A stretch of 64,000 nucleotides of DNA, taken from Auanema rhodensis. Its lineage: Eukaryota > Animalia > Nematoda. The notes under the pieces were generated by a model. That model searched no databases and was not told the DNA's origin. It saw only the letters and a program-made list of their open reading frames with translations. Of the stretch, positions 1-15,400 are shown in pieces (the stretch's first letter is position 1; the number at the start of each line of letters is the position of its first letter). Where the stretch lies: positions 5,332,001 to 5,396,000 of the forward strand of contig OZ059896.1 in NCBI GenBank assembly GCA_964057225.1, written 5' to 3'. The position numbers were made by a program, and so were the translations under genes.

Positions 1-284
1 TTTCAAAATAATTTCACAAAAAGTAGATGTTTTTAGATTCCTTTTTTCAAGACAAAGACGATGGACATTGTTATTCAACAAAAAAATTAATTCTTCACGG
101 TGAAAATCGAGGATATAAGTGTGAACCTATATCAGTTGATATCTCGGTGCATTTTCAAGCTAGCGCAAATCTGATAACACAGATCGACGCAGCTTAAAAA
201 TCCGCATCGAATGCACTATACTACATTAAGAAAAGCTTAATACAAAAATTAGTTATGATCGTTTGAAAAATGATGCATTAGTGT

Positions 285-312
285 ATGTTGAGTTTCCATG
301 TACACTCAACAT
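285..312. other. Dyad in each SatA monomer (example): ATGTTGAGT-10 nt-ACTCAACAT
   Basis: Perfect 9-bp inverted repeat; 8 bp in the AACAAT variant and 6 contiguous bp in the right subfamily. Confidence 0.85.
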
Positions 313-462
313 TGCTTCCAAAAACATTTTGACAAAAATTTTCCCGAAAAATTTCAAAATAATTTCACAAAAAGTAGATGTTTTTAGATTCCTTTTTTCA
401 AGACAAAGACGATGGACATTGTTATTCAACAAAAAAATTAATTCTTCAGGGTGAAAATCGAG

Positions 463-484
463 GATATAAGTGTGAACTTATATC
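463..484. other. Dyad in SatA monomers (example): GATATAAGT-GTGA-ACTTATATC
   Basis: Perfect 9-bp inverted repeat in the AACTTA variant; one mismatch in the AACCTA variant. Confidence 0.85.
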
Positions 485-3400
485 AGTTGCTATCTCGGTG
501 CATTTTTAAGCTAGCGCAAATCTGATAACACAGATCGACGCAGCTTAAAAATCCGCATCGAATGCACTATACTACATTAAGAAAAGCTTAATACAAAAAT
601 TAGTTATGATCGTTTGAAAAATGATGCATTAGTGTATGTTGAGTTTCCATGTACACTCAACATTGCTTCCAAAAACATTTTGACAAAAATTTTCCCGAAA
701 AATTTCAAAATAATTTCACAAAAAGTAGATGTTTTTAGATTCCTTTTTTCAAGACAAAGACGATGGACATTGTTATTCAACAAAAAAATTAATTCTTCAG
801 GGTGAAAATCGAGGATATAAGTGTGAACCTATATCAGTTGATATCTCGGTGCATTATCAAGCTAGCGCAAATCTGATAACACAGATCGACGCAGCTTAAA
901 AATCCGCATCGAATGCACTATACTACATGGAGAAACGCTCAATACAAAAATTAGTTATGATCGTTTGAAAAATGATGCATTAGTGTATGTTGAGTTTCCA
1001 TGTACACTCAACAATGCTTCCAAAAACATTTTGACAAAAATTTTCCCGAAAAATTTCAAAATAATTTCACAAAAAGTAGATGTTTTTAGATTCCTTTTTT
1101 CAAGACAAAGACGATGGACAATGTTATTCAACGAAAAAATTAATTCTTCACGGTGAAAATCGAGGATATAAGTGTGAACCTATATCAGTTGATATCTCGG
1201 TGCATTTTCAAGCTAGCGCAAATCTGATAACACAGATCGACGCAGCTTAAAAATCCACATCGAATGCACTATACTACATTGGGAAACACTCAATACAAAA
1301 ATTAGTTATGATCGTTTGAAAAATGATGCATTAGTGTATGTTGAGTTTCCATGTACACTCAACAATGCTTCCAAAAACATTTTGACAAAAATTTTCCCGA
1401 AAAATTTCAAAATAATTTCACAAAAAGTAGATGTTTTTAGATTCCTTTTTTCAAGACAAAGACGATGGACATTGTTATTCAACAAAAAAATTAATTCTTC
1501 ACGGTGAAAATCGAGGATATAAGTGTGAACCTATATCAGTTGATATCTCGGTGCATTTTCAAGCTAGCGCAAATCTGATAACACAGATCGACGCAGCTTA
1601 AAAATCCGCATCGAATGCACTATACTACATTAAGAAAAGCTTAATACAAAAATTAGTTATGATCGTTTGAAAAATGATGCATTAGTGTATGTTGAGTTTC
1701 CATGTACACTCAACATTGCTTCCAAAAACATTTTGACAAAAATTTTCCCGAAAAATTTCAAAATAATTTCACAAAAAGTAGATGTTTTTAGATTCCTTTT
1801 TTCAAGACAAAGACGATGGACATTGTTATTCAACAAAAAAATTAATTCTTCACGGTGAAAATCGAGGATATAAGTGTGAACCTATATCAGTTGATATCTC
1901 GGTGCATTTTCAAGCTAGCGCAAATCTGATAACACAGATCGACGCAGCTTAAAAATCCGCATCGAATGCACTATACTACATTAAGAAAAGCTTAATACAA
2001 AAATTAGTTATGATCGTTTGAAAAATGATGCATTAGTGTATGTTGAGTTTCCATGTACACTCAACATTGCTTCCAAAAACATTTTGACAAAAATTTTCCC
2101 GAAAAATTTCAAAATAATTTCACAAAAAGTAGATGTTTTTAGATTCCTTTTTTCAAGACAAAGACGATGGACATTGTTATTCAACAAAAAAATTAATTCT
2201 TCAGGGTGAAAATCGAGGATATAAGTGTGAACTTATATCAGTTGATATCTCGGTGCATTTTTAAGCTAGCGCAAATCTGATAACACAGATCGACGCAGCT
2301 TAAAAATCCGCATCGAATGCACTATACTACATTAAGAAAAGCTTAATACAAAAATTAGTTATGATCGTTTGAAAAATGATGCATTAGTGTATGTTGAGTT
2401 TCCATGTACACTCAACATTGCTTCCAAAAACATTTTGACAAAAATTTTCCCGAAAAATTTCAAAATAATTTCACAAAAAGTAGATGTTTTTAGATTTCTT
2501 TTTTCAAGACAAAGACGATGGACATTGTTATTCAACAAAAAAATTAATTCTTCAGGGTGAAAATCGAGGATATAAGTGTGAACTTATATCAGTTGATATC
2601 TCGGTGCATTTTTAAGCTAGCGCAAATCTGATAACACAGATCGACGCAGCTTAAAAATCCACATCGAATGCACTATACTACATTGGGAAACACTCAATAC
2701 AAACATTAGTTATGATCGTTTGAAAAATGATGCATTAGTGTATGTTGAGTTTCCATGTACACTCAACATTGCTTCCAAAAACATTTTGACAAAAATTTTC
2801 CCGAAAAATTTCAAAATAATTTCACAAAAAGTAGATGTTTTTAGATTCCTTTTTTCAAGACAAAGACGATGGACATTGTTATTCAACGAAAAAATTAATT
2901 CTTCAGGGTGAAAATCGAGGATATAAGTGTGAACCTATATCAGTTGATATCTCGGTGCATTTTCAAGCTAGCGCAAATCTGATAACACAGATCGACGCAG
3001 CTTAAAAATCCGCATCGAATGCACTATACTACATGGAGAAACGCTCAATACAAAAATTAGTTATGATCGTTTGAAAAATGATGCATTAGTGTATGTTGAG
3101 TTTCCATGTACACTCAACAATGCTTCCAAAAACATTTTGACAAAAATTTTCCCGAAAAATTTCAAAATAATTTCACAAAAAGTAGATGTTTTTAGATTCC
3201 TTTTTTCAAGACAAAGACGATGGACAATGTTATTCAACGAAAAAATTAATTCTTCACGGTGAAAATCGAGGATATAAGTGTGAACCTATATCAGTTGATA
3301 TCTCGGTGCATTTTCAAGCTAGCGCAAATCTGATAACACAGATCGACGCAGCTTAAAAATCCGCATCGAATGCGCTATACTACATGGAGAAACGCTCAAT

Positions 3401-6400
3401 ACAAAAATTAGTTATGATCGTTTGAAAAATGATGCATTAGTGTATGTTGAGTTTCCATGTACACTCAACAATGCTTCCAAAAACATTTTGACAAAAATTT
3501 TCCCGAAAAATTTCAAAATAATTTCACAAAAAGTAGATGTTTTTAGATTCCTTTTTTCAAGACAAAGACGATGGACATTGTTATTCAACAAAAAAATTAA
3601 TTCTTCACGGTGAAAATCGAGGATATAAGTGTGAACCTATATCAGTTGATATCTCGGTGCATTTTCAAGCTAGCGCAAATCTGATAACACAGATCGACGC
3701 AGCTTAAAAATCCGCATCGAATGCACTATACTACATTAAGAAAAGCTTAATACAAAAATTAGTTATGATCGTTTGAAAAATGATGCATTAGTGTATGTTG
3801 AGTTTCCATGTACACTCAACATTGCTTCCAAAAACATTTTGACAAAAATTTTCCCGAAAAATTTCAAAATAATTTCACAAAAAGTAGATGTTTTTAGATT
3901 CCTTTTTTCAAGACAAAGACGATGGACAATGTTATTCAACGAAAAAATTAATTCTTCACGGTGAAAATGGAGGATATAAGTGTGAACCTATATCAGTTGA
4001 TATCTCGGTGCATTTTCAAGCTAGCGCAAATCTGATAACACAGATCGACGCAGCTTAAAAATCCGCATCGAATGCACTATACTACATGGAGAAACGCTCA
4101 ATACAAAAATTAGTTATGATCGTTTGAAAAATGATGCATTAGTGTATGTTGAGTTTCCATGTACACTCAACAATGCTTCCAAAAACATTTTGACAAAAAT
4201 TTTCCCGAAAAATTTCAAAATAATTTCACAAAAAGTAGATGTTTTTAGATTTCTTTTTTCAAGACAAAGACGATGGACAATGTTATTCAACGAAAAAATT
4301 AATTCTTCACGGTGAAAATCGAGGATATAAGTGTGAACCTATATCAGTTGATATCTCGGTGCATTTTCAAGCTAGCGCAAATCTGATAACACAGATCGAC
4401 GCAGCTTAAAAATCCGCATCGAATGCACTATACTACATGGAGAAACGCTCAATACAAAAATTAGTTATGATCGTTTGAAAAATGATGCATTAGTGTATGT
4501 TGAGTTTCCATGTACACTCAACAATGCTTCCAAAAACATTTTGACAAAAATTTTCCCGAAAAATTTCAAAATAATTTCACAAAAAGTAGATGTTTTTAGA
4601 TTCCTTTTTTCAAGACAAAGACGATGGACATTGTTATTCAACAAAAAAATTAATTCTTCACGGTGAAAATCGAGGATATAAGTGTGAACCTATATCAGTT
4701 GATATCTCGGTGCATTTTCAAGCTAGCGCAAATCTGATAACACAGATCGACGCAGCTTAAAAATCCGCATCGAATGCACTATACTACATTAAGAAAAGCT
4801 TAATACAAAAATAAGTTATGATCGTTTGAAAAATGATGCATTAGTGTATGTTGAGTTTCCATGTACACTCAACATTGCTTCCAAAAACATTTTGACAAAA
4901 ATTTTCCCGAAAAATTTCAAAATAATTTCACAAAAAGTAGATGTTTTTAGATTCCTTTTTTCAAGACAAAGACGATGGACAATGTTATTCAACGAAAAAA
5001 TTAATTCTTCACGGTGAAAATCGAGGATATAAGTGTGAACCTATATCAGTTGATATCTCGGTGCATTTTCAAGCTAGCGCAAATCTGATAACACAGATCG
5101 ACGCAGCTTAAAAATCCGCATCGAATGCACTATACTACATGGAGAAACGCTCAATACAAAAATTAGTTATGATCGTTTGAAAAATGATGCATTAGTGTAT
5201 GTTGAGTTTCCATGTACACTCAACAATGCTTCCAAAAACATTTTGACAAAAATTTTCCCGAAAAATTTCAAAATAATTTCACAAAAAGTAGATGTTTTTA
5301 GATTCCTTTTTTCAAGACAAAGACGATGGACATTGTTATTCAACAAAAAAATTAATTCTTCACGGTGAAAATCGAGGATATAAGTGTGAACCTATATCAG
5401 TTGATATCTCGGTGCATTTTCAAGCTAGCGCAAATCTGATAACACAGATCGACGCAGCTTAAAAATCCGCATCGAATGCACTATACTACATTAAGAAAAG
5501 CTTAATACAAAAATTAGTTATGATCGTTTGAAAAATGATGCATTAGTGTATGTTGAGTTTCCATGTACACTCAACATTGCTTCCAAAAACATTTTGACAA
5601 AAATTTTCCCGAAAAATTTCAAAATAATTTCACAAAAAGTAGATGTTTTTAGATTCCTTTTTTCAAGACAAAGACGATGGACATTGTTATTCAACAAAAA
5701 AATTAATTCTTCAGGGTGAAAATCGAGGATATAAGTGTGAACTTATATCAGTTGATATCTCGGTGCATTTTTAAGCTAGCGCAAATCTGATAACACAGAT
5801 CGACGCAGCTTAAAAATCCGCATCGAATGCACTATACTACATTAAGAAAAGCTTAATACAAAAATTAGTTATGATCGTTTGAAAAATGATGCATTAGTGT
5901 ATGTTGAGTTTCCATGTACACTCAACATTGCTTCCAAAAACATTTTGACAAAAATTTTCCCGAAAAATTTCAAAATAATTTCACAAAAAGTAGATGTTTT
6001 TAGATTTCTTTTTTCAAGACAAAGACGATGGACATTGTTATTCAACAAAAAAATTAATTCTTCAGGGTGAAAATCGAGGATATAAGTGTGAACTTATATC
6101 AGTTGATATCTCGGTGCATTTTTAAGCTAGCGCAAATCTGATAACACAGATCGACGCAGCTTAAAAATCCACATCGAATGCACTATACTACATTGGGAAA
6201 CACTCAATACAAACATTAGTTATGATCGTTTGAAAAATGATGCATTAGTGTATGTTGAGTTTCCATGTACACTCAACATTGCTTCCAAAAACATTTTGAC
6301 AAAAATTTTCCCGAAAAATTTCAAAATAATTTCACAAAAAGTAGATGTTTTTAGATTCCTTTTTTCAAGACAAAGACGATGGACATTGTTATTCAACAAA

Positions 6401-9400
6401 AAAATTAATTCTTCAGGGTGAAAATCGAGGATATAAGTGTGAACTTATATCAGTTGATATCTCGGTGCATTTTTAAGCTAGCGCAAATCTGATAACACAG
6501 ATCGACGCAGCTTAAAAATCCGCATCGAATGCACTATACTACATTAAGAAAAGCTTAATACAAAAATTAGTTATGATCGTTCGAAAAATGATGCATTAGT
6601 GTATGTTGAGTTTCCATGTACACTCAACATTGCTTCCAAAAACATTTTGACAAAAATTTTCCCGAAAAATTTCAAAATAATTTCACAAAAAGTAGATGTT
6701 TTTAGATTTCTTTTTTCAAGACAAAGACGATGGACATTGTTATTCAACAAAAAAATTAATTCTTCAGGGTGAAAATCGAGGATATAAGTGTGAACTTATA
6801 TCAGTTGATATCTCGGTGCATTTTTAAGCTAGCGCAAATCTGATAACACAGATCGACGCAGCTTAAAAATCCACATCGAATGCACTATACTACATTGGGA
6901 AACACTCAATACAAACATTAGTTATGATCGTTTGAAAAATGATGCATTAGTGTATGTTGAGTTTCCATGTACACTCAACATTGCTTCCAAAAACATTTTG
7001 ACAAAAATTTTCCCGAAAAATTTCAAAATAATTTCACAAAAAGTAGATGTTTTTAGATTCCTTTTTTCAAGACAAAGACGATGGACATTGTTATTCAACA
7101 AAAAAATTAATTCTTCAGGGTGAAAATCGAGGATATAAGTGTGAACTTATATCAGTTGATATCTCGGTGCATTTTTAAGCTAGCGCAAATCTGATAACAC
7201 AGATCGACGCAGCTTAAAAATCCGCATCGAATGCACTATACTACATTAAGAAAAGCTTAATACAAAAATTAGTTATGATCGTTTGAAAAATGATGCATTA
7301 GTGTATGTTGAGTTTCCATGTACACTCAACATTGCTTCCAAAAACATTTTGACAAAAATTTTCCCGAAAAATTTCAAAATAATTTCACAAAAAGTAGATG
7401 TTTTTAGATTTCTTTTTTCAAGACAAAGACGATGGACATTGTTATTCAACAAAAAAATTAATTCTTCAGGGTGAAAATCGAGGATATAAGTGTGAACTTA
7501 TATCAGTTGATATCTCGGTGCATTTTTAAGCTAGCGCAAATCTGATAACACAGATCGACGCAGCTTAAAAATCCGCATCGAATGCACTATACTACATTAA
7601 GAAAAGCTTAATACAAAAATTAGTTATGATCGTTCGAAAAATGATGCATTAGTGTATGTTGAGTTTCCATGTACACTCAACATTGCTTCCAAAAACATTT
7701 TGACAAAAATTTTCCCGAAAAATTTCAAAATAATTTCACAAAAAGTAGATGTTTTTAGATTCCTTTTTTCAAGACAAAGACGATGGACAATGTTATTCAA
7801 CGAAAAAATTAATTCTTCACGGTGAAAATCGAGGATATAAGTGTGAACCTATATCAGTTGATATCTCGGTGCATTTTCAAGCTAGCGCAAATCTGATAAC
7901 ACAGATCGACGCAGCTTAAAAATCCGCATCGAATGCACTATACTACATTAAGAAAAGCTTAATACAAAAATTAGTTATGATCGTTTGAAAAATGATGCAT
8001 TAGTGTATGTTGAGTTTCCATGTACACTCAACATTGCTTCCAAAAACATTTTGACAAAAATTTTCCCGAAAAATTTCAAAATAATTTCACAAAAAGTAGA
8101 TGTTTTTAGATTTCTTTTTTCAAGACAAAGACGATGGACATTGTTATTCAACAAAAAAATTAATTCTTCAGGGTGAAAATCGAGGATATAAGTGTGAACT
8201 TATATCAGTTGATATCTCGGTGCATTTTTAAGCTAGCGCAAATCTGATAACACAGATCGACGCAGCTTAAAAATCCACATCGAATGCACTATACTACATT
8301 GGGAAACACTCAATACAAACATTAGTTATGATCGTTTGAAAAATGATGCATTAGTGTATGTTGAGTTTCCATGTACACTCAACATTGCTTCCAAAAACAT
8401 TTTGACAAAAATTTTCCCGAAAAATTTCAAAATAATTTCACAAAAAGTAGATGTTTTTAGATTCCTTTTTTCAAGACAAAGACGATGGACATTGTTATTC
8501 AACAAAAAAATTAATTCTTCAGGGTGAAAATCGAGGATATAAGTGTGAACTTATATCAGTTGATATCTCGGTGCATTTTTAAGCTAGCGCAAATCTGATA
8601 ACACAGATCGACGCAGCTTAAAAATCCGCATCGAATGCACTATACTACATTAAGAAAAGCTTAATACAAAAATTAGTTATGATCGTTCGAAAAATGATGC
8701 ATTAGTGTATGTTGAGTTTCCATGTACACTCAACATTGCTTCCAAAAACATTTTGACAAAAATTTTCCCGAAAAATTTCAAAATAATTTCACAAAAAGTA
8801 GATGTTTTTAGATTCCTTTTTTCAAGACAAAGACGATGGACAATGTTATTCAACGAAAAAATTAATTCTTCACGGTGAAAATCGAGGATATAAGTGTGAA
8901 CCTATATCAGTTGATATCTCGGTGCATTTTAAAGCTAGCGCAAATCTGATAACACAGATCGACGCAGCTTAAAAATCCGCATCGAATGCACTATACTACA
9001 TGGAGAAACGCTCAATACAAAAATTAGTTATGATCGTTTGAAAAATGATGCATTAGTGTATGTTGAGTTTCCATGTACACTCAACAATGCTTCCAAAAAC
9101 ATTTTGACAAAAATTTTCCCGAAAAATTTCAAAATAATTTCACAAAAAGTAGATGTTTTTAGATTCCTTTTTTCAAGACAAAGACGATGGACATTGTTAT
9201 TCAACAAAAAAATTAATTCTTCACGGTGAAAATCGAGGATATAAGTGTGAACCTATATCAGTTGATATCTCGGTGCATTTTCAAGCTAGCGCAAATCTGA
9301 TAACACAGATCGACGCAGCTTAAAAATCCGCATCGAATGCACTATACTACATTAAGAAAAGCTTAATACAAAAATTAGTTATGATCGTTTGAAAAATGAT

Positions 9401-12400
9401 GCATTAGTGTATGTTGAGTTTCCATGTACACTCAACATTGCTTCCAAAAACATTTTGACAAAAATTTTCCCGAAAAATTTCAAAATAATTTCACAAAAAG
9501 TAGATGTTTTTAGATTCCTTTTTTCAAGACAAAGACGATGGACATTGTTATTCAACAAAAAAATTAATTCTTCAGGGTGAAAATCGAGGATATAAGTGTG
9601 AACTTATATCAGTTGCTATCTCGGTGCATTTTTAAGCTAGCGCAAATCTGATAACACAGATCGACGCAGCTTAAAAATCCGCATCGAATGCACTATACTA
9701 CATTAAGAAAAGCTTAATACAAAAATTAGTTATGATCGTTTGAAAAATGATGCATTAGTGTATGTTGAGTTTCCATGTACACTCAACATTGCTTCCAAAA
9801 ACATTTTGACAAAAATTTTCCCGAAAAATTTCAAAATAATTTCACAAAAAGTAGATGTTTTTAGATTTCTTTTTTCAAGACAAAGACGATGGACATTGTT
9901 ATTCAACAAAAAAATTAATTCTTCAGGGTGAAAATCGAGGATATAAGTGTGAACTTATATCAGTTGATATCTCGGTGCATTTTTAAGCTAGCGCAAATCT
10001 GATAACACAGATCGACGCAGCTTAAAAATCCGCATCGAATGCACTATACTACATTAAGAAAAGCTTAATACAAAAATTAGTTATGATCGTTTGAAAAATG
10101 ATGCATTAGTGTATGTTGAGTTTCCATGTACACTCAACATTGCTTCCAAAAACATTTTGACAAAAATTTTCCCGAAAAATTTCAAAATAATTTCACAAAA
10201 AGTAGATGTTTTTAGATTTCTTTTTTCAAGACAAAGACGATGGACATTGTTATTCAACAAAAAAATTAATTCTTCAGGGTGAAAATCGAGGATATAAGTG
10301 TGAACTTATATCAGTTGATATCTCGGTGCATTTTTAAGCTAGCGCAAATCTGATAACACAGATCGACGCAGCTTAAAAATCCACATCGAATGCACTATAC
10401 TACATTGGGAAACACTCAATACAAACATTAGTTATGATCGTTTGAAAAATGATGCATTAGTGTATGTTGAGTTTCCATGTACACTCAACATTGCTTCCAA
10501 AAACATTTTGACAAAAATTTTCCCGAAAAATTTCAAAATAATTTCACAAAAAGTAGATGTTTTTAGATTCCTTTTTTCAAGACAAAGACGATGGACATTG
10601 TTATTCAACAAAAAAATTAATTCTTCAGGGTGAAAATCGAGGATATAAGTGTGAACTTATATCAGTTGATATCTCGGTGCATTTTTAAGCTAGCGCAAAT
10701 CTGATAACACAGATCGACGCAGCTTAAAAATCCGCATCGAATGCACTATACTACATTAAGAAAAGCTTAATACAAAAATTAGTTATGATCGTTTGAAAAA
10801 TGATGCATTAGTGTATGTTGAGTTTCCATGTACACTCAACATTGCTTCCAAAAACATTTTGACAAAAATTTTCCCGAAAAATTTCAAAATAATTTCACAA
10901 AAAGTAGATGTTTTTAGATTTCTTTTTTCAAGACAAAGACGATGGACATTGTTATTCAACAAAAAAATTAATTCTTCAGGGTGAAAATCGAGGATATAAG
11001 TGTGAACTTATATCAGTTGATATCTCGGTGCATTTTTAAGCTAGCGCAAATCTGATAACACAGATCGACGCAGCTTAAAAATCCGCATCGAATGCACTAT
11101 ACTACATTAAGAAAAGCTTAATACAAAAATTAGTTATGATCGTTTGAAAAATGATGCATTAGTGTATGTTGAGTTTCCATGTACACTCAACATTGCTTCC
11201 AAAAACATTTTGACAAAAATTTTCCCGAAAAATTTCAAAATAATTTCACAAAAAGTAGATGTTTTTAGATTTCTTTTTTCAAGACAAAGACGATGGACAT
11301 TGTTATTCAACAAAAAAATTAATTCTTCAGGGTGAAAATCGAGGATATAAGTGTGAACTTATATCAGTTGATATCTCGGTGCATTTTTAAGCTAGCGCAA
11401 ATCTGATAACACAGATCGACGCAGCTTAAAAATCCACATCGAATGCACTATACTACATTGGGAAACACTCAATACAAACATTAGTTATGATCGTTTGAAA
11501 AATGATGCATTAGTGTATGTTGAGTTTCCATGTACACTCAACATTGCTTCCAAAAACATTTTGACAAAAATTTTCCCGAAAAATTTCAAAATAATTTCAC
11601 AAAAAGTAGATGTTTTTAGATTCCTTTTTTCAAGACAAAGACGATGGACATTGTTATTCAACAAAAAAATTAATTCTTCAGGGTGAAAATCGAGGATATA
11701 AGTGTGAACTTATATCAGTTGATATCTCGGTGCATTTTTAAGCTAGCGCAAATCTGATAACACAGATCGACGCAGCTTAAAAATCCGCATCGAATGCACT
11801 ATACTACATTAAGAAAAGCTTAATACAAAAATTAGTTATGATCGTTTGAAAAATGATGCATTAGTGTATGTTGAGTTTCCATGTACACTCAACATTGCTT
11901 CCAAAAACATTTTGACAAAAATTTTCCCGAAAAATTTCAAAATAATTTCACAAAAAGTAGATGTTTTTAGATTTCTTTTTTCAAGACAAAGACGATGGAC
12001 ATTGTTATTCAACAAAAAAATTAATTCTTCAGGGTGAAAATCGAGGATATAAGTGTGAACTTATATCAGTTGATATCTCGGTGCATTTTTAAGCTAGCGC
12101 AAATCTGATAACACAGATCGACGCAGCTTAAAAATCCACATCGAATGCACTATACTACATTGGGAAACACTCAATACAAACATTAGTTATGATCGTTTGA
12201 AAAATGATGCATTAGTGTATGTTGAGTTTCCATGTACACTCAACATTGCTTCCAAAAACATTTTGACAAAAATTTTCCCGAAAAATTTCAAAATAATTTC
12301 ACAAAAAGTAGATGTTTTTAGATTCCTTTTTTCAAGACAAAGACGATGGACATTGTTATTCAACAAAAAAATTAATTCTTCAGGGTGAAAATCGAGGATA

Positions 12401-15400
12401 TAAGTGTGAACTTATATCAGTTGATATCTCGGTGCATTTTTAAGCTAGCGCAAATCTGATAACACAGATCGACGCAGCTTAAAAATCCGCATCGAATGCA
12501 CTATACTACATTAAGAAAAGCTTAATACAAAAATTAGTTATGATCGTTTGAAAAATGATGCATTAGTGTATGTTGAGTTTCCATGTACACTCAACATTGC
12601 TTCCAAAAACATTTTGACAAAAATTTTCCCGAAAAATTTCAAAATAATTTCACAAAAAGTAGATGTTTTTAGATTCCTTTTTTCAAGACAAAGACGATGG
12701 ACATTGTTATTCAACAAAAAAATTAATTCTTCAGGGTGAAAATCGAGGATATAAGTGTGAACCTATATCAGTTGATATCTCGGTGCATTTTCAAGCTAGC
12801 GCAAATCTGATAACACAGATCGACGCAGCTTAAAAATCCGCATCGAATGCACTATACTACATGGAGAAACGCTCAATACAAAAATTAGTTATGATCGTTT
12901 GAAAAATGATGCATTAGTGTATGTTGAGTTTCCATGTACACTCAACAATGCTTCCAAAAACATTTTGACAAAAATTTTCCCGAAAAATTTCAAAATAATT
13001 TCACAAAAAGTAGATGTTTTTAGATTCCTTTTTTCAAGACAAAGACGATGGACAATGTTATTCAACGAAAAAATTAATTCTTCACGGTGAAAATCGAGGA
13101 TATAAGTGTGAACCTATATCAGTTGATATCTCGGTGCATTTTCAAGCTAGCGCAAATCTGATAACACAGATCGACGCAGCTTAAAAATCCGCATCGAATG
13201 CACTATACTACATGGAGAAACGCTCAATACAAAAATTAGTTATGATCGTTTGAAAAATGATGCATTAGTGTATGTTGAGTTTCCATGTACACTCAACAAT
13301 GCTTCCAAAAACATTTTGACAAAAATTTTCCCGAAAAATTTCAAAATAATTTCACAAAAAGTAGATGTTTTTAGATTCCTTTTTTCAAGACAAAGACGAT
13401 GGACATTGTTATTCAACAAAAAAATTAATTCTTCACGGTGAAAATCGAGGATATAAGTGTGAACCTATATCAGTTGATATCTCGGTGCATTTTCAAGCTA
13501 GCGCAAATCTGATAACACAGATCGACGCAGCTTAAAAATCCGCATCGAATGCACTATACTACATGGAGAAACGCTCAATACAAAAATTAGTTATGATCGT
13601 TTGAAAAATGATGCATTAGTGTATGTTGAGTTTCCATGTACACTCAACAATGCTTCCAAAAACATTTTGACAAAAATTTTCCCGAAAAATTTCAAAATAA
13701 TTTCACAAAAAGTAGATGTTTTTAGATTCCTTTTTTCAAGACAAAGACGATGGACAATGTTATTCAACGAAAAAATTAAATCTTCAGGGTGAAAATCGAG
13801 GATATAAGTGTGAACCTATATCAGTTGATATCTCGGTGCATTTTCAAGCTAGCGCAAATCTGATAACACAGATCGACGCAGCTTAAAAATCCGCATCGAA
13901 TGCACTTTACTACATGGAGAAACGCTCAATACAAAAATTAGTTATGATCGTTTGAAAAATGATGCATTAGTGTATGTTGAGTTTCCATGTACACTCAACA
14001 ATGCTTCCAAAAACATTTTGACAAAAATTTTCCCGAAAAATTTCAAAATAATTTCACAAAAAGTAGATGTTTTTAGATTCCTTTTTTCAAGACAAAGACG
14101 ATGGACAATGTTATTCAACGAAAAAATTAATTCTTCACGGTGAAAATCGAGGATATAAGTGTGAACCTATATCAGTTGATATCTCGGTGCATTTTCAAGC
14201 TAGCGCAAATCTGATAACACAGATCGACGCAGCTTAAAAATCCGCATCGAATGCACTATACTACATGGAGAAACGCTCAATACAAAAATTAGTTATGATC
14301 GTTTGAAAAATGATGCATTAGTGTATGTTGAGTTTCCATGTACACTCAACAATGCTTCCAAAAACATTTTGACAAAAATTTTCCCGAAAAATTTCAAAAT
14401 AATTTCACAAAAAGTAGATGTTTTTAGATTCCTTTTTTCAAGACAAAGACGATGGACATTGTTATTCAACAAAAAAATTAATTCTTCACGGTGAAAATCG
14501 AGGATATAAGTGTGAACCTATATCAGTTGATATCTCGGTGCATTTTCAAGCTAGCGCAAATCTGATAACACAGATCGACGCAGCTTAAAAATCCGCATCG
14601 AATGCACTATACTACATGGAGAAACGCTCAATACAAAAATTAGTTATGATCGTTTGAAAAATGATGCATTAGTGTATGTTGAGTTTCCATGTACACTCAA
14701 CAATGCTTCCAAAAACATTTTGACAAAAATTTTCCCGAAAAATTTCAAAATAATTTCACAAAAAGTAGATGTTTTTAGATTCCTTTTTTCAAGACAAAGA
14801 CGATGGACAATGTTATTCAACGAAAAAATTAATTCTTCACGGTGAAAATCGAGGATATAAGTGTGAACCTATATCAGTTGATATCTCGGTGCATTTTCAA
14901 GCTAGCGCAAATCTGATAACACAGATCGACGCAGCTTAAAAATCCGCATCGAATGCACTATACTACATGGAGAAACGCTCAATACAAAAATTAGTTATGA
15001 TCGTTTGAAAAATGATGCATTAGTGTATGTTGAGTTTCCATGTACACTCAACAATGCTTCCAAAAACATTTTGACAAAAATTTTCCCGAAAAATTTCAAA
15101 ATAATTTCACAAAAAGTAGATGTTTTTAGATTCCTTTTTTCAAGACAAAGACGATGGACATTGTTATTCAACAAAAAAATTAATTCTTCACGGTGAAAAT
15201 CGAGGATATAAGTGTGAACCTATATCAGTTGATATCTCGGTGCATTTTCAAGCTAGCGCAAATCTGATAACACAGATCGACGCAGCTTAAAAATCCGCAT
15301 CGAATGCACTATACTACATGGAGAAACGCTCAATACAAAAATTAGTTATGATCGTTTGAAAAATGATGCATTAGTGTATGTTGAGTTTCCATGTACACTC

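Noticed and set aside
1-351. SatA as an internal dimer (2x175) or trimer (3x117)
   Set aside because: No similarity visible by eye at those offsets; only TTTTCAAG repeats, 108 bp apart.
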